Source: Octopus sinensis (taxonomy: Eukaryota). From it: a DNA stretch of 64,000 nt. The notes beneath the pieces are model-generated. The model ran no database searches, was not told the origin of the DNA, and saw only the letters and a program-made list of their open reading frames with translations. Shown piece after piece: positions 13,771-28,411 of this stretch. The stretch is taken from the NCBI RefSeq assembly GCF_006345805.1, contig NC_043018.1, positions 11,780,001-11,844,000 on the forward strand. Direction: 5' to 3'. The position numbers and the translations under genes are program-made. The stretch's first letter is position 1. Every line of letters starts with the position of its first letter.

Positions 13771-15607
13771 CATATATATATCTATAACATATATATATAT
13801 ATATATAATATAATATATATATACATATATATATATATATACATATATATATATTATACATATATATATATATATATACATAATAGTCATATATACATAT
13901 ATATATACATATATACTATATACTATATATACATATATATATACATATATACATATATATATATACACATATTACACATATATATACATATATACACATT
14001 ATACACATATATATACATATACACATATATACACATATATATACATATATATACATATATACATATATTATACATAATATATATATATATCTATAAATAT
14101 AATATACATATATATACATATATATACATATATATATATACATATATATACATATATATACATACATTATATACATAATATATATACATATATATACATA
14201 TATATATACATATATATACATATATACACATATATATATATACATATATATATTATACATATATATATATACATATTACACATATACATATATACACATA
14301 TATACATATATATACATATATACACTATATATACATATATATACACATATATATACATATATATACACATATATATATATATACACATATGTATATATAT
14401 ACACATATATATATATACATATATATATATATACACATATATATAACACATATATAATATACATATATATATATACACATATATACACATATATATATAT
14501 ATACACATTATACACATTATATTATATATACACATATATATATAATATATATATATACCATATATCTATATAATATAACATATATATATTATATATATAT
14601 ACCATATATACATATATATATATACACATAATATACACATATATATATATATATACACATAATACACATATATATATATATTACACATATATACACATAT
14701 ATACACATATATACACATATATATATATATATATACCATATATATAATACATATATATACATATATATATATATACCATATATATATATACATATATATA
14801 CATATATATATATATATACACATATATAATATATATACACCTATATATATATATATACACATATATATATATATATACACATATATATATATATACACAT
14901 ATATATATATAATATACACATATAGATATATATACACATATATATATATATATACATTATATACATATATATACTATAATACATATATATATCATATATT
15001 ATACATATATATACATATATATATACATATTATATATACTATATATATATATATATCATATATATATACATATACATAATATATACATATACATATATAT
15101 ATACATATATATATACATATATATATATATACATATACATATATAGTACATATACATATATAATAGCATATATATATACATATATATATACATATATATT
15201 ACACATATTAGACACCTAATATATACACATATATATATAACAACTATATATATACTATATACACATATATATATATAATAATATATATATATACATTATA
15301 CTATACATAATATCTATACATATATATATATATAACACATATATACGTATACATATATATATACACATATATATATATATACACATATATATATACACAT
15401 ATATATATATATAATACATATATATATATTACACATATATATACACATATATATATAACAATATATATATATACATATATATATATACACACATATATAT
15501 ATACATATATATATATATATACATATATATAATAATATACATAGACATATATACATATATATAACATACATAATATATATATATATATTATATATATATA
15601 TATATAT

Positions 15608-15646
<39 letters not shown>

Positions 15647-15668
15647 ATTACACATATATATATACACA

Positions 15669-15703
<35 letters not shown>

Positions 15704-16071
15704 CTATATAATATCCATATAATTTATATATATATATATACATATATATATATACTATATATATATACATATATATATACATATATATAATACATATATA
15801 TACATATTATATATATATATACATATATAATCCTATATATATATACATATATATAGATACATTATTACATATACATAATATATCTACATATATATACATA
15901 TATATATATATACATATATATATACACATATATATTATACATATAATATACACATATATATATACACATATATATATACTATATATATATACATATATAT
16001 ATACATATATAAAGACATATATATATATATATCATATATATACTATATATTATATACATATATATATATAC

Positions 16072-16102
<31 letters not shown>

Positions 16103-16122
16103 CATATATATATACACATATA
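13620..16122. repeat. (GT)n followed by ~2.5 kb degenerate (TA)n/(TATACA)n microsatellite
   Basis: Directly visible. Confidence 0.98.
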
Positions 16123-19100
16123 TCATCATCATCATCATCGTCGTTTAACGTCCGTTCTCCATGCTAGCATGGGTTGGACGGTTCGACCGGGGTTCTGGGA
16201 AGCCAGAAGGCTGCACCAGGCTCCAGTCTAATTTGCAATGTTCTACAGCTGGATGCCCTCCTAACGCCAACCACTCCGTGAGTGTAGTGGTTGCTTTTTA
16301 CGTGCCACCTGCACAGGTGCCAGGCGGGGCTGGCAACGGCCACGGTCAGATTGGTGTATTTTATGTGCACACGGCACGGAAGCCAGTCGAGGCGGTGCTG
16401 GCATCGGCCACGAGTCGGATAGTGCTTTTTACGTACCACCAGACCAGGGATCCTGGCTGGTTCAATTCGATTTCGATTTCGCTTGCCCCAACATGTCTTC
16501 ACAAGCAAAGGGGGTTGGCAAGGGTGCCTGTCGTACGGTCGCATTGGAGTATTTTACGTGCCACGGCCACGAGTCGGATAGTGCTTTTTACGTACCACCA
16601 GACCAGGATCCTGGCTGGTTCAATTCGATTTCGATTCGCTTGCCCCAACATGTCTTCACAGCAAAGGGGGTTGGCATGGGTGCCTGTCGTACGGTCGCAT
16701 TGGAGTATTTTACGTGCCATGGCCCCGAGTCGGATAGTGCTTTTTACGTACCACCAGGCCAGGGATCCTGGCTGGTTCAATTCGGTTTCGATTTCGATTT
16801 CGCTTGCCCCAACATGTCTTCGCAAGCATGGGGGGTTGGATGGGTGTCTGTCGTCGGATGAGGTTCTATATCGACTTCGCTTGCCTCAACCGGTCTTTGT
16901 GTCCAAGGGAGGAAAGGCATTCATAAGTGGGCTGGGCTCACTTGTCCTGCCTGCCTGGTCTTCTCACGTACAGAATATTTCCAAAGGTCTCGGTCTCTGG
17001 TCATTTCCTCAGTGAGGCCTAAAGTTCGAAGGTCGTGCTTCACCACCTCGTCCCAGGTTTTCCTGGGTCTACCTCTTCCACGGGTTCCCTCACTGCTAGG
17101 GATTGGCACTTTCTCACACACCTATCTTCATCCATTCTCGCCACATGACCATACCAGCGCAATCGTCTCTCTTGCACACCACAACTGATGCTTCTTAGGT
17201 ACAACATTTCTCTCAAGTGCTAACGCTCTGTCGAGTATGTACACTGACATTACACATCCATCGGAGCATACTGGCTTCATTCCTCACGAGCTTACGCATG
17301 TCCTCAGCAGTCACAGCCCATGTTTCGCTGCCATGTAGCATGGCTGTTCGTACACACGCATCATACAGTCTGCCTTTTACTCTGAGCGAGAGGCCTTTAG
17401 TCACCAGCAGAGGTAAGAGCTCCCTAAACTTTGCCCAGGCTATTCTTATTCTAGCAGTTACACTTTCAGCGCACCCACCCCCACTACTGACTTGGTCACC
17501 TAGATAACGGAAGCTATCAACTACTTCTAGTTTTTCCCCCTGGAAAGTGACGGAAGTTGTTTTCTGCAGATTTTCGGAGGTTAATGCTCCCGAGCATCTG
17601 CCACATACAAAAACTATCTTCCCAGTTAGCCTACCTTTGACATTGCTGCACCTCTTATGTGTCCATAGCTTACACTGGGTACATCTTATAGAGTTTCTAC
17701 CTACACCTTTTCTACAGATCGAGCAGGGCCATCTTCCTGAAGATATTTGTGGATTGTCTACCTTTCTACTTATTAGTACTTTGGTTTTAGCTAGGTTGAC
17801 TCTAAGGCCCCTTGATTCTAAACCCTCCTTCCACACCTGGAACTTCTCCTCCAGTTCTGATAGTGACTCAGCAATAAGAGCAAGGTCGTCAGCGTAGAGG
17901 AGCTCCCAGGACAGCCTGTCTTGAATTCCTCCGTAATTGCCTGGAGTACTATGATAAATAGGAGGGGGCTGAGTACTGAACCCTGGTGGACCCCAACCTC
18001 TACTTTGAATTCTTCTGTGTACATGTTGCCAACCCTAACCTTACTTACGGCATCTCTGTACATGGCTTGCACAGTCCTCACCAGCCATTCATCTATCCCT
18101 AGTTTCCTCATTGACCACCAGATAAGGGATCGGGGGACCCTATCAAAAGCTTTCTCCATGTCAACGAAAGCCAGGTACAGGGCTTATCTTTGGCTAGGTA
18201 TTTCTCCTGCAGCTGCCTTACCAGGAATATAGCATCAGTGGTACTTTTCCCTGGCACGAACCCAAACTGCATCTCATCTAAACTAACTCTCTCTCTAATT
18301 AGTTGGGCTATGACCCTCTCCGTAACCTTCATTACTTGATCCACCAGCTTGATACCTCTGTAATTATTTGTATCTAGGGCATCACCTTTACTTTGTAGCA
18401 GTTGACTAGTATGCTGCTGCACCAGTCATTGGGTATGACTCCTTCGTGTATCACCTGTTGACTATACGGGTGACTAGGTTATAGCCGACACTGCCAGATA
18501 TTTTGAGCATCTCTGCAGTAATCCTGATGGCCTGGGGCTTTCCCTGTCTTCATGCTTCTAATTGCCTAGCTACCACGGAACTATCAACTCGGATAGCTGG
18601 TCCCTCTGTAGGGTCAACATTCGGCAGACTCTCTTTATCCCATTCATTTTCCTCATTCAGTAACCTTTCATAGTGGCGTCTCCAAGCTTCTCTCTTTGCA
18701 TCCTCATTTAGCGCAAGTGAACCATCCTCCATGCGAACACATTTCTCTCCTACCACATCACGATTCTCTCTCACACACTGTCTTGCAACACGAAATACCT
18801 CAAGTCTTTCATCCTCACGGCGCAGGACATTGGCAAATTTTCTCTTATCTGCTTCCCCTCTGGCTAGATAGACCTGTCTCCTAGCTTCCCTTCTGGCAGT
18901 CTGATACCCTTCCCTGCTACCACCGTTTCTTCCAGGCCTTCCAAGCCTGTTTTTTTTTTGTCTAATAGCCCTGTCAACAATATTGTTCCACCACCACGTT
19001 ATTTTGGGTCTTAAGGGGACTTTGCACCAGCCACAGATCTGGTCAGCGGCTTTCAGCAGGTTGTCCCTCAGAAACGTCCAGTTGTCTTCTACCCCATGTG

Positions 19101-20004
19101 TAGCTATACCCCCTTCCACTTCGTCAAAGGCTTCAAGTAACATATCTCTAAATCTCTGTCCATTCGCAGGGGCTTTAAGCTTCCAGACCCTTCTTCTCCA
19201 TGTTGGTCGTCTTCTAGTCGCCCTCTAGTCCTGATCCTAAAGTCACTAACTACCAGTCTATGTTGTGGGGTGCATTCTTCGCCTGGAAGGTTTTGGCATT
19301 TTTAAGCAGCCATCTTTCCCTTTTTCTGGCAAGGATGTAGTCGATTTGGCTAGTATGCCGGCCCGATCGTAGGTGACCAGGTGGCTTGTTGGTTTCCTGA
19401 AGTTAGTGTTGCAGACCATAAGACTATTCGCATCGCAAACTCCAGCAGCCTGGTTCCCTCCTCGTTGCGGGAACCATAACCGTAGCCTCCATGTACGCCA
19501 TGGTAGCCCCCAGCATGTCGTCCAACATGCCCATTGAAATCACCAGCCACAAAGAGAAGGTCCCTGTCGTTCGTCGATGAGGTGGTCTGCAGTAGGGTGT
19601 CATAGAAACTGTCTTTCTGTCCATCGGGTAGCCCTGGCTGAGGGGCATAGGCCGATATAATGGTTGCTAATCTATTATGAAGCACTATTCTAATCTTAAG
19701 TATTCTGTCACTTACTCTGATTACCTCAATTACTCTATCTATCCATTTCTCAGCGATAATTATACCCACGCCACCAACCCCGTCAGTGTTCCCTGCCCGA
19801 AAATCTTGTACCTGTGTCCCTTGCCTGTGAGGACCCTAGCAGATCCTCCTCTCCACCTTATTTCTTGCATACAACATACATCAACACGTCTCCGTTCAAG
19901 CATCTCGACTATCTCGCCAGACCTACCTTTCAATGTGCCACGTTGAGGGTGCCTACCCTGAGGGTGGGGAGGTGTGGGCCTCTGAGACCTGGGATGAGGG
20001 CCGC
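16123..20004 (-). mobile_element. RTE-clade LINE, near full length, copy 1 (AP endonuclease, RT with LYADD, in-RT PHD finger, repeat-rich 3' UTR, (GAT)n tail)
   Basis: ORF fragments [70 protein letters not shown]; broken by scattered single-base indels. Confidence 0.95.
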
Positions 20005-20153
20005 TATATACATATATATACATATATATATATACATATATATACAATATATATATTATACATATATATACATATATATATATATATCATATATATCATA
20101 TATATATAATACATATACCATATATATACTATACTATATATATATACATATAC

Positions 20154-20184
<31 letters not shown>

Positions 20185-20423
20185 CATATATATACATATA
20201 CAATATAATATACATATATATATACTATACATATATATATATACATATATATATATACATATACATATATATAATACAATATATATACATATATTATACA
20301 TATATATATACATATATATACATATATACATATACAATATACATATACATATATATATATACATATATATATACCATATCAGATATATATATACATATAT
20401 ATATACATATACAATACATATAC

Positions 20424-20454
<31 letters not shown>

Positions 20455-20957
20455 CACATATATATAATATATATACACATATATATTATATATATACACT
20501 TATATATATACACATATATTATATACACATATATATATACCATAATATATATACACATAGATTATCTATATCCATATATATATATATACATATATATAAT
20601 ATATACATATATATACATATATATATACATATATACATATACATATATACATATAATACATATACATATATATACATATACATATTACATATATATATAC
20701 AATATATTACACACATCTATATACATATATATATATACACATTATATATTCTACATATATATATATACACATAGAGATATACATATATCGATATACATAT
20801 ATATATATACATATATATATACATATATATATATATACATAACTATACATATATTACATATACATACATTATTACATATACATATATATACATATACATA
20901 TATATATATACATATATATATTATACATATATATATATATACATATATATATATAAC

Positions 20958-21004
<47 letters not shown>

Positions 21005-21453
21005 CATATATATTATATACATATATATATATATACATATTATATATACATATATATATATATACATATATATATACATATATATATACATATATATATA
21101 CATATATTATACATATATACATATATATATACATATAACATATATATATACATATATATATACATATATATATATACATATATATATATATACATATATA
21201 CATATATATATACATATATATATATACATATATATATATACATATATCTATATACATATATATATATACATATATATATAATATACATATAATATATATA
21301 TACATATATAATATATACATATATATATATATACATATATAATATACCATATATATATATATACACATATATATATATATATACATATATATACATATAC
21401 TATACATATATATACATATATATAATACATATATATATACATATATATCATTA

Positions 21454-21485
<32 letters not shown>

Positions 21486-22459
21486 CATATATATATATAT
21501 ACATTACATATATATACATATACATATATATATACATATATATATACATATATATATATACATATACATATATATACATATACATATAATATACATATAT
21601 ATATACAATATATATACATATATATATATACACATATATATATACACCTATATATATACACATATATATATACACATATATATATATATAACACATATAT
21701 ATATTATACATATATATATACATATATAATATATATATCACATATATATATATATAATATATACATTATATAATATATATACACATATATATATATACAC
21801 ACATATTATATACATATATATATTATTACATATATTATACACTATATATACACATATATATATACATATATATATATATACACATATATACACACATATA
21901 TATATACATATATATATATATACATATATATATATACACACATATATATATAATATATATAATATATATACATATATATAATACACATATATATATACAC
22001 ATATATATATATATATATATACATATATATTATATATATATATATATTACATATATATATATAATATATATATATATACATATATATATACATATATATA
22101 CATATATATATATACTTAATATAATACATATATATATATCCTATATATATATACATATATATATATACATATATATATATACATATATTATATACATATA
22201 TTATCTATACATAATATATAATACATATATATACATATATATATATATACATTATATATATACACATATATATATACATATATATATACACATATATATA
22301 TACACATATTATATATATATATATAATACATATATATATAATATATAATATACATATATATATATATATACATATATATACATATATATATATATACATA
22401 TATATATATACATATATATATATATACATATTAATATATTACATATTATATACACTATA
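20005..22459. repeat. ~2.45 kb degenerate (TA)n/(TATACA)n microsatellite between the two LINE copies
   Basis: Directly visible. Confidence 0.98.
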
Positions 22460-25400
22460 TCATCATCATCATCATCGTCGTTTAACGTCCGTTCTCCATG
22501 CTAGCATGGGTTGGACGGTTCGACCGGGGTTCTGGGAAGCCAGAAGGCTGCACCAGGCTCCAGTCTAATTTGGCAATGTTTCTACAGCTGGATGCCCTTC
22601 CTAACGCCAACCACTCCGTGAGTGTAGTGGGTGCTTTTTACGTGCCACCTGCACAGGTGCCAGGCGGGGCTGGCAACGGCCACGGTCAGATTGGTGTATT
22701 TTATGTGCCACCGGCACGGAGCCAGCCGAGGAGGCGGTGCTGGCATCGGCCACGAGTCGGATAGTGCTTTTTACGTACCACCAGACCAGGGATCCTGGCT
22801 GGTTCAATTCGATTTCGATTTCGCTTGCCCCAACATGTCTTCACAAGCAAAGGGGGTTGGCAAGGTGCCTGTCGTACGGTCGCATTGGAGTATTTTACGT
22901 GCCACGGCCACGAGTCGGATAGTGCTTTTTACGTACCACCAGACCAGGGATCCTGGCTGGTTCAATTCGATTTCGATTTCGCTTGCCCCAACATGTCTTC
23001 ACAAGCAAGGGGGTTGGCATGGGTGCCTGTCGTACGGTCGCATTGGAGTATTTTACGTGCCACGGCCCCGAGTCGGATAGTGCTTTTTACGTACCACCAG
23101 GCCAGGGATCCTGGCTGGTTCAATTCGGTTTCGATTTCGATTTCGCTTGCCCCAACATGTCTTCGCAAGCATGGGGGGTTGGGATGGGTGTCTGTCGTCG
23201 GATGAGGTTCTATATCGACTTCGCTTGCCTCAACCGGTCTTTGTGTCCAAGGGAGGAAAGGCATTCATAAGTGGGCTGGGCTCACTTGTCCTGCCTGGTC
23301 TTCTCACGTACAGAATATTTCCAAAGGTCTCGGTCTCTGGTCATTTCCTCAGTGAGGCCTAAAGTTCGAAGGTCGTGCTTCACCACCTCGTCCCAGGTTT
23401 TCCTGGGTCTACCTCTTCCGGGTTCCCTCAACTGCTAGGGATTGGCACTTTCTCACACACCTATCTTCATCCATTCTCGCCACATGACCATACCAGCGCA
23501 ATCGTCTCTCTTGCACACCACAACTGATGCTTCTTAGGTACAACATTTCTCTCAAGGTGCTAACGCTCTGTCGAGTATGTACACTGACATTACACATCCA
23601 TCGGAGCATACTGGCTTCATTCCTCACGAGCTTACGCATGTCCTCAGCAGTCACAGCCCATGTTTCGCTGCCATGTAGCATGGCTGTTCGTACACACGCA
23701 TCATACAGTCTGCCTTTTACTCTGAGCGAGAGGCCTTTAGTCACCAGCAGAGGTAAGAGCTCCCTAAACTTTGCCCAGGCTATTCTTATTCTAGCAGTTA
23801 CACTTTCATCAGCGCACCCACCCCCACTACTGACTTGGTCACCTAGATAACGGAAGCTATCAACTACTTCTAGTTTTTCCCCCTGGAAAGTGACGGAAGT
23901 TGTTTTCTGCAGATTTTCGGAGGTTAATGCTCCCGAGCATCTGCCACATACAAAAACTATCTTCCCAGTTAGCCTACCTTTGACATTGCTGCACCTCTTA
24001 TGTGTCCATAGCTTACACTGGGTACATCTTATAGAGTTTCTACCTACACCTTTTCTACAGATCGAGCAGGGCCATCTTCCTGAAGATATTTGTGGATTGT
24101 CTACCTTTCTACTTATTAGTACTTTGGTTTTAGCTAGGTTGACTCTAAGGCCCCTTGATTCTAAACCCTCCTTCCACACCTGGAACTTCTCCTCCAGTTC
24201 TGATAGTGACTCAGCAATAAGAGCAAGGTCGTCAGCGTAGAGGAGCTCCCAGGGACAGCCTGTCTTGAATTCCTCCGTAATTGCCTGGAGTACTATGATA
24301 AATAGAGGGGGCTGAGTACTGAACCCTGGTGGACCCCAACCTCTACTTTGAATTCTTCTGTGTACATGTTGCCAACCCTAACCTTACTTACGGCATCTCT
24401 GTACATGGCTTGCACAGTCCTCACCAGCCATTCATCTATCCCTAGTTTCCTCCTCATTGACCACCAGATAAGGGATCGGGGGACCCTATCAAAAGCTTTC
24501 TCCATGTCAACGAAAGCCAGGTACAGGGGCTTATCTTTGGCTAGGTATTTCTCCTGCAGCTGCCTTACCAGGAATATAGCATCAGTGGTACTTTTCCCTG
24601 GCACGAACCCAAACTGCATCTCATCTAAACTAACTCTCTCTCTAATTAGTTGGGCTATGACCCTCTCCGTAACCTTCATTACTTGATCCAACAGCTTGAT
24701 ACCTCTGTAATTATTTGTATCTAGGGCATCCTTTACCTTTGTAGCAGTTGACTAGTATGCTGCTGCACCAGTCATTGGGTATGACTCCTTCGTGTATCAC
24801 CTGGTTGACTATACGGGTGACTAGGTATAGCCGACACTGCCAGATATTTTGAGCATCTCTGCAGTAATTCCTGATGGGCCTGGGGCTTTCCCTGTCTCAT
24901 GCTTCTAATTGCCTTAGCTACCACGGAACTATCAACTCGGATAGCTGGTCCCTCTGTAGGGTCAACATTCGGCAGACTCTCTTTATCCCATTCATTTTCC
25001 TCATTCAGTAACCTTTCATAGTGGCGTCTCCAAGCTTCTCTCTTTGCATCCTCATTTAGCGCAAGTGAACCATCCTCCATGCGAACACATTTCTCTCCTA
25101 CCACATCACGATTCTCTCTCACACACTGTCTTGCAACACGAAATACCTCAAGTCTTTCATCCTCACGGCGCAGGACATTGGCAAATTTTCTCTTATCTGC
25201 TTCCCCTCTGGCTAGATAGACCTGTCTCCTAGCTTCCCTTCTGGCAGTCTGATACCCTTCCTGCTACCAACGTTCTTCCAGGCCTTCCAAGCCTGTTTCT
25301 TTTGTCTAATAGCCCTGTCAACAATATTGTTCCACCACCACGTTATTTTGGGTCTTAAGGGGACTTTGCACCAGCCACAGATCTGGTCAGCGGCTTTCAG

Positions 25401-26347
25401 CAGGTTGTCCCTCAGAAACGTCCAGTTGTCTTCTACCCCATGTGTAGCTATACCCCCTTCCACTTCGTCAAAGGCTTCAAGTAACATATCTCTAAATCTC
25501 TGTCCATTCGCAGGGGCTTTAAGCTTCCAGACCCTTCTTCTCCATGTTGGTCGTCTTCTAGTCGCCCTCTTAGTCCTGATCCTAAAGTCACTACTACCAG
25601 TCTATGTTGTGTGGTGCATTCTTCGCCTGGGAAGGTTTTGGCATTTTTAAGAGCCATCTTTCCCTTTTTCTGGCAAGGATAGTCGATTGGCTAGTATGCC
25701 GGCCCGATCGGTAGGTGACCAGGTGGCTTGTTGGTTTCCTGAAGTTAGTGTTGCAGACCATAAGACTATTCGCATCGCAGAACTCCAGCAGCCTGGTTCC
25801 CTCCTCGTTGCGGAACCATAACCGTAGCCTCCATGTACGCCATGGAAGCCCCCAGCATGTCGTCCAACATGCCCATTGAAATCACCAGCCACAAAGAGAA
25901 GTCCCTGTCGTTCGTCGATGAGGTGGTCTGCAGTAGGGTGTCATAGAAACTGTCTTTCTGTCCATCGGGTAGCCCTGGCTGAGGGGCATAGGCCGATATA
26001 ATGGTTGCTAATCTATTATGAAGCACTATTCTAATCTTAAGTATTCTGTCACTTACTCTGATTACCTCAATTACTCTATCTATCCATTTCTCAGCGATAA
26101 TTATACCCACGCCACCAACCCCGTCAGTGTTCCCTGCCCAGAAAATCTTGTACCTGTGTCCCTTGCCTGTAGGACCCTAGCAGATCCTCTCCTCTCCACC
26201 TTATTTCTTGCATACAACATACATCACACGTCTCCGTTCAAGCATCTCGACTATCTCGCCAGACCTACTTTCAATGTGCCAACGTTGAGGGTGCCTACCC
26301 TGAGGGTGTGGGAGGTGTGGGCCTCTGAGACCCGGGATGAGGGGCCC
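22460..26347 (-). mobile_element. RTE-clade LINE, near full length, copy 2 (almost identical to copy 1)
   Basis: Same domains, same 5' end point and 3' tail; differs mainly by small indels. Confidence 0.95.
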
Positions 26348-26498
26348 TATATACATATATATACATATATTTATCATGATATACATATATATATATATAT
26401 ACATATATATACTATATATATATAATACATATATATACATATATATATATACATAACCATATTATATATAACATATACATATATATATATACATATAC

Positions 26499-26529
<31 letters not shown>

Positions 26530-26770
26530 CATATATATATACATATACATATATATATATACATATATATATACATATACATATATATATATACATATAT
26601 ATTATACATATACATATATATATATACATATATATATACAATATATATATACATATATATATACATTATATACATATATACATATACATATACATATACA
26701 CATATATATATACATATATATATACATTACATATATATATATACATATATATATACATATACTATACATA

Positions 26771-26801
<31 letters not shown>

Positions 26802-27337
26802 CACATATATATATATATATATACACATATATATATATATATACACATATATATATATACATATATATATATACACATATATATATACACACATATATAT
26901 ATATACACATATATCTATATATATACTATATATAATATAGTACTATATATTATATACATATATATATACATACATATATATATACATATCTACATATACA
27001 TATACATATATACATATACATATATATACATATACATAATACATATATATATACAATATATACACATATATATACATATATATATATACACATATATATA
27101 TATACACCTATATATATAATACACTATATAGACATATATATATATACATTATATATATACATATATATATACATATATATATATACATAGACATATATAC
27201 ATATATATACATATACATATATATACATATACATATATATACATATACATATATATATATATACATATATATATATACATATATATATATATACATATAT
27301 ATATATACATATATATATATATACATATATTATATAC

Positions 27338-27384
<47 letters not shown>

Positions 27385-27615
27385 CATATATATATATACA
27401 TATATATATATATACATATATATATACATATATATATACATATATATACATAATATATACATATATACATATATATATACATATATACATATATATATAC
27501 ATATATATATACATATATATATATACATATATATATATATACATATATACATATATATATACATATTATATATACATATATATATATACATATATATATA
27601 TACATATATATATAC

Positions 27616-27678
<63 letters not shown>

Positions 27679-27737
27679 CTATATATATATACACATATAT
27701 ATATATAATACACATAATATAATATATATATATACAT
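26348..27737. repeat. ~1.4 kb degenerate (TA)n/(TATACA)n microsatellite
   Basis: Directly visible. Confidence 0.98.
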
Positions 27738-27901
27738 AGTTTCATCTGCAGGAAGGTGATGGCCTCATTTTTTTTAGGACCACCTCCAAAGGCTCACACC
27801 TTCAATTGAGAGTACTCTATCAACTTGCTGAGGCAGTTGCAAAAAGCCACCAACACCAAACACTGAAGAAAACTGACAAAAGGAGTTTTGCTCCAGCACT
27901 C
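27737..27901 (+). repeat. ~165 bp near-identical copy of the internal mariner segment 29134-29301
   Basis: TAGTTTCATCTGCAGG...TTTTGCTCCAGCACTC occurs at both positions. Confidence 0.9.
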
Positions 27902-28411
27902 CCCCTTCTCTTACACATGTATGTGTGTGTCTCTCTCTCTTCTATATTTCTACCTTAATGCACACCACACACACACACACACACACAGAAGTACTTAAAA
28001 CATTTCATAGGTGATTGTTAAACATTTATTGTTTGCATTATACTCGTTTCAGTGTGCGAAAGTGAGTTGAGGGCATGAAGTATATCCATTGACACTTGTT
28101 GTCGTTTAAACCCAGGTCAACTGTAAGTGAACAATCCTATGATTGCAAGTTCTCCACCTATGGTATGGTTTGCTTTCAATTAATTTTGAAAATAATCAAA
28201 AAATTTGTAAAACTATTAAACTATTATTAAACTAGTATTAGGAACAAATTAACATATTTTAACGTAGTTATCTAAAACTAAAAGCATTTAGCCTAGCATC
28301 AAACTGTTTATAACCTCAGCAGGTATCAAATATAAAAAATAATTACAAAATAATGTGGAAAGGATATCTTTTTTTAAACATATTGAAATAAGTAAACTTC
28401 TGTTGTATGTA

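Noticed and set aside
16280-16860. CRISPR-like repeat-spacer appearance
   Set aside because: Eukaryotic LINE 3' UTR; spacers are related or duplicated and of irregular length; no cas genes. Kept as a structured-repeat finding instead.
16161-17015. 284-aa plus-strand ORF with internal repeats
   Set aside because: Antisense to the LINE 3' UTR and broken into other frames in the second copy; a by-product of GC-rich tandem repeats.
17547-17897. 116-aa antisense ORF identical in both LINE copies
   Set aside because: Shadow ORF opposite the RT/PHD coding region; identity reflects the duplication.
13547-27737. Many Tyr/Ile/His/Met-rich ORFs in the ORF track
   Set aside because: They are translations of (TA)n/(TACA)n microsatellites with no coding signal.
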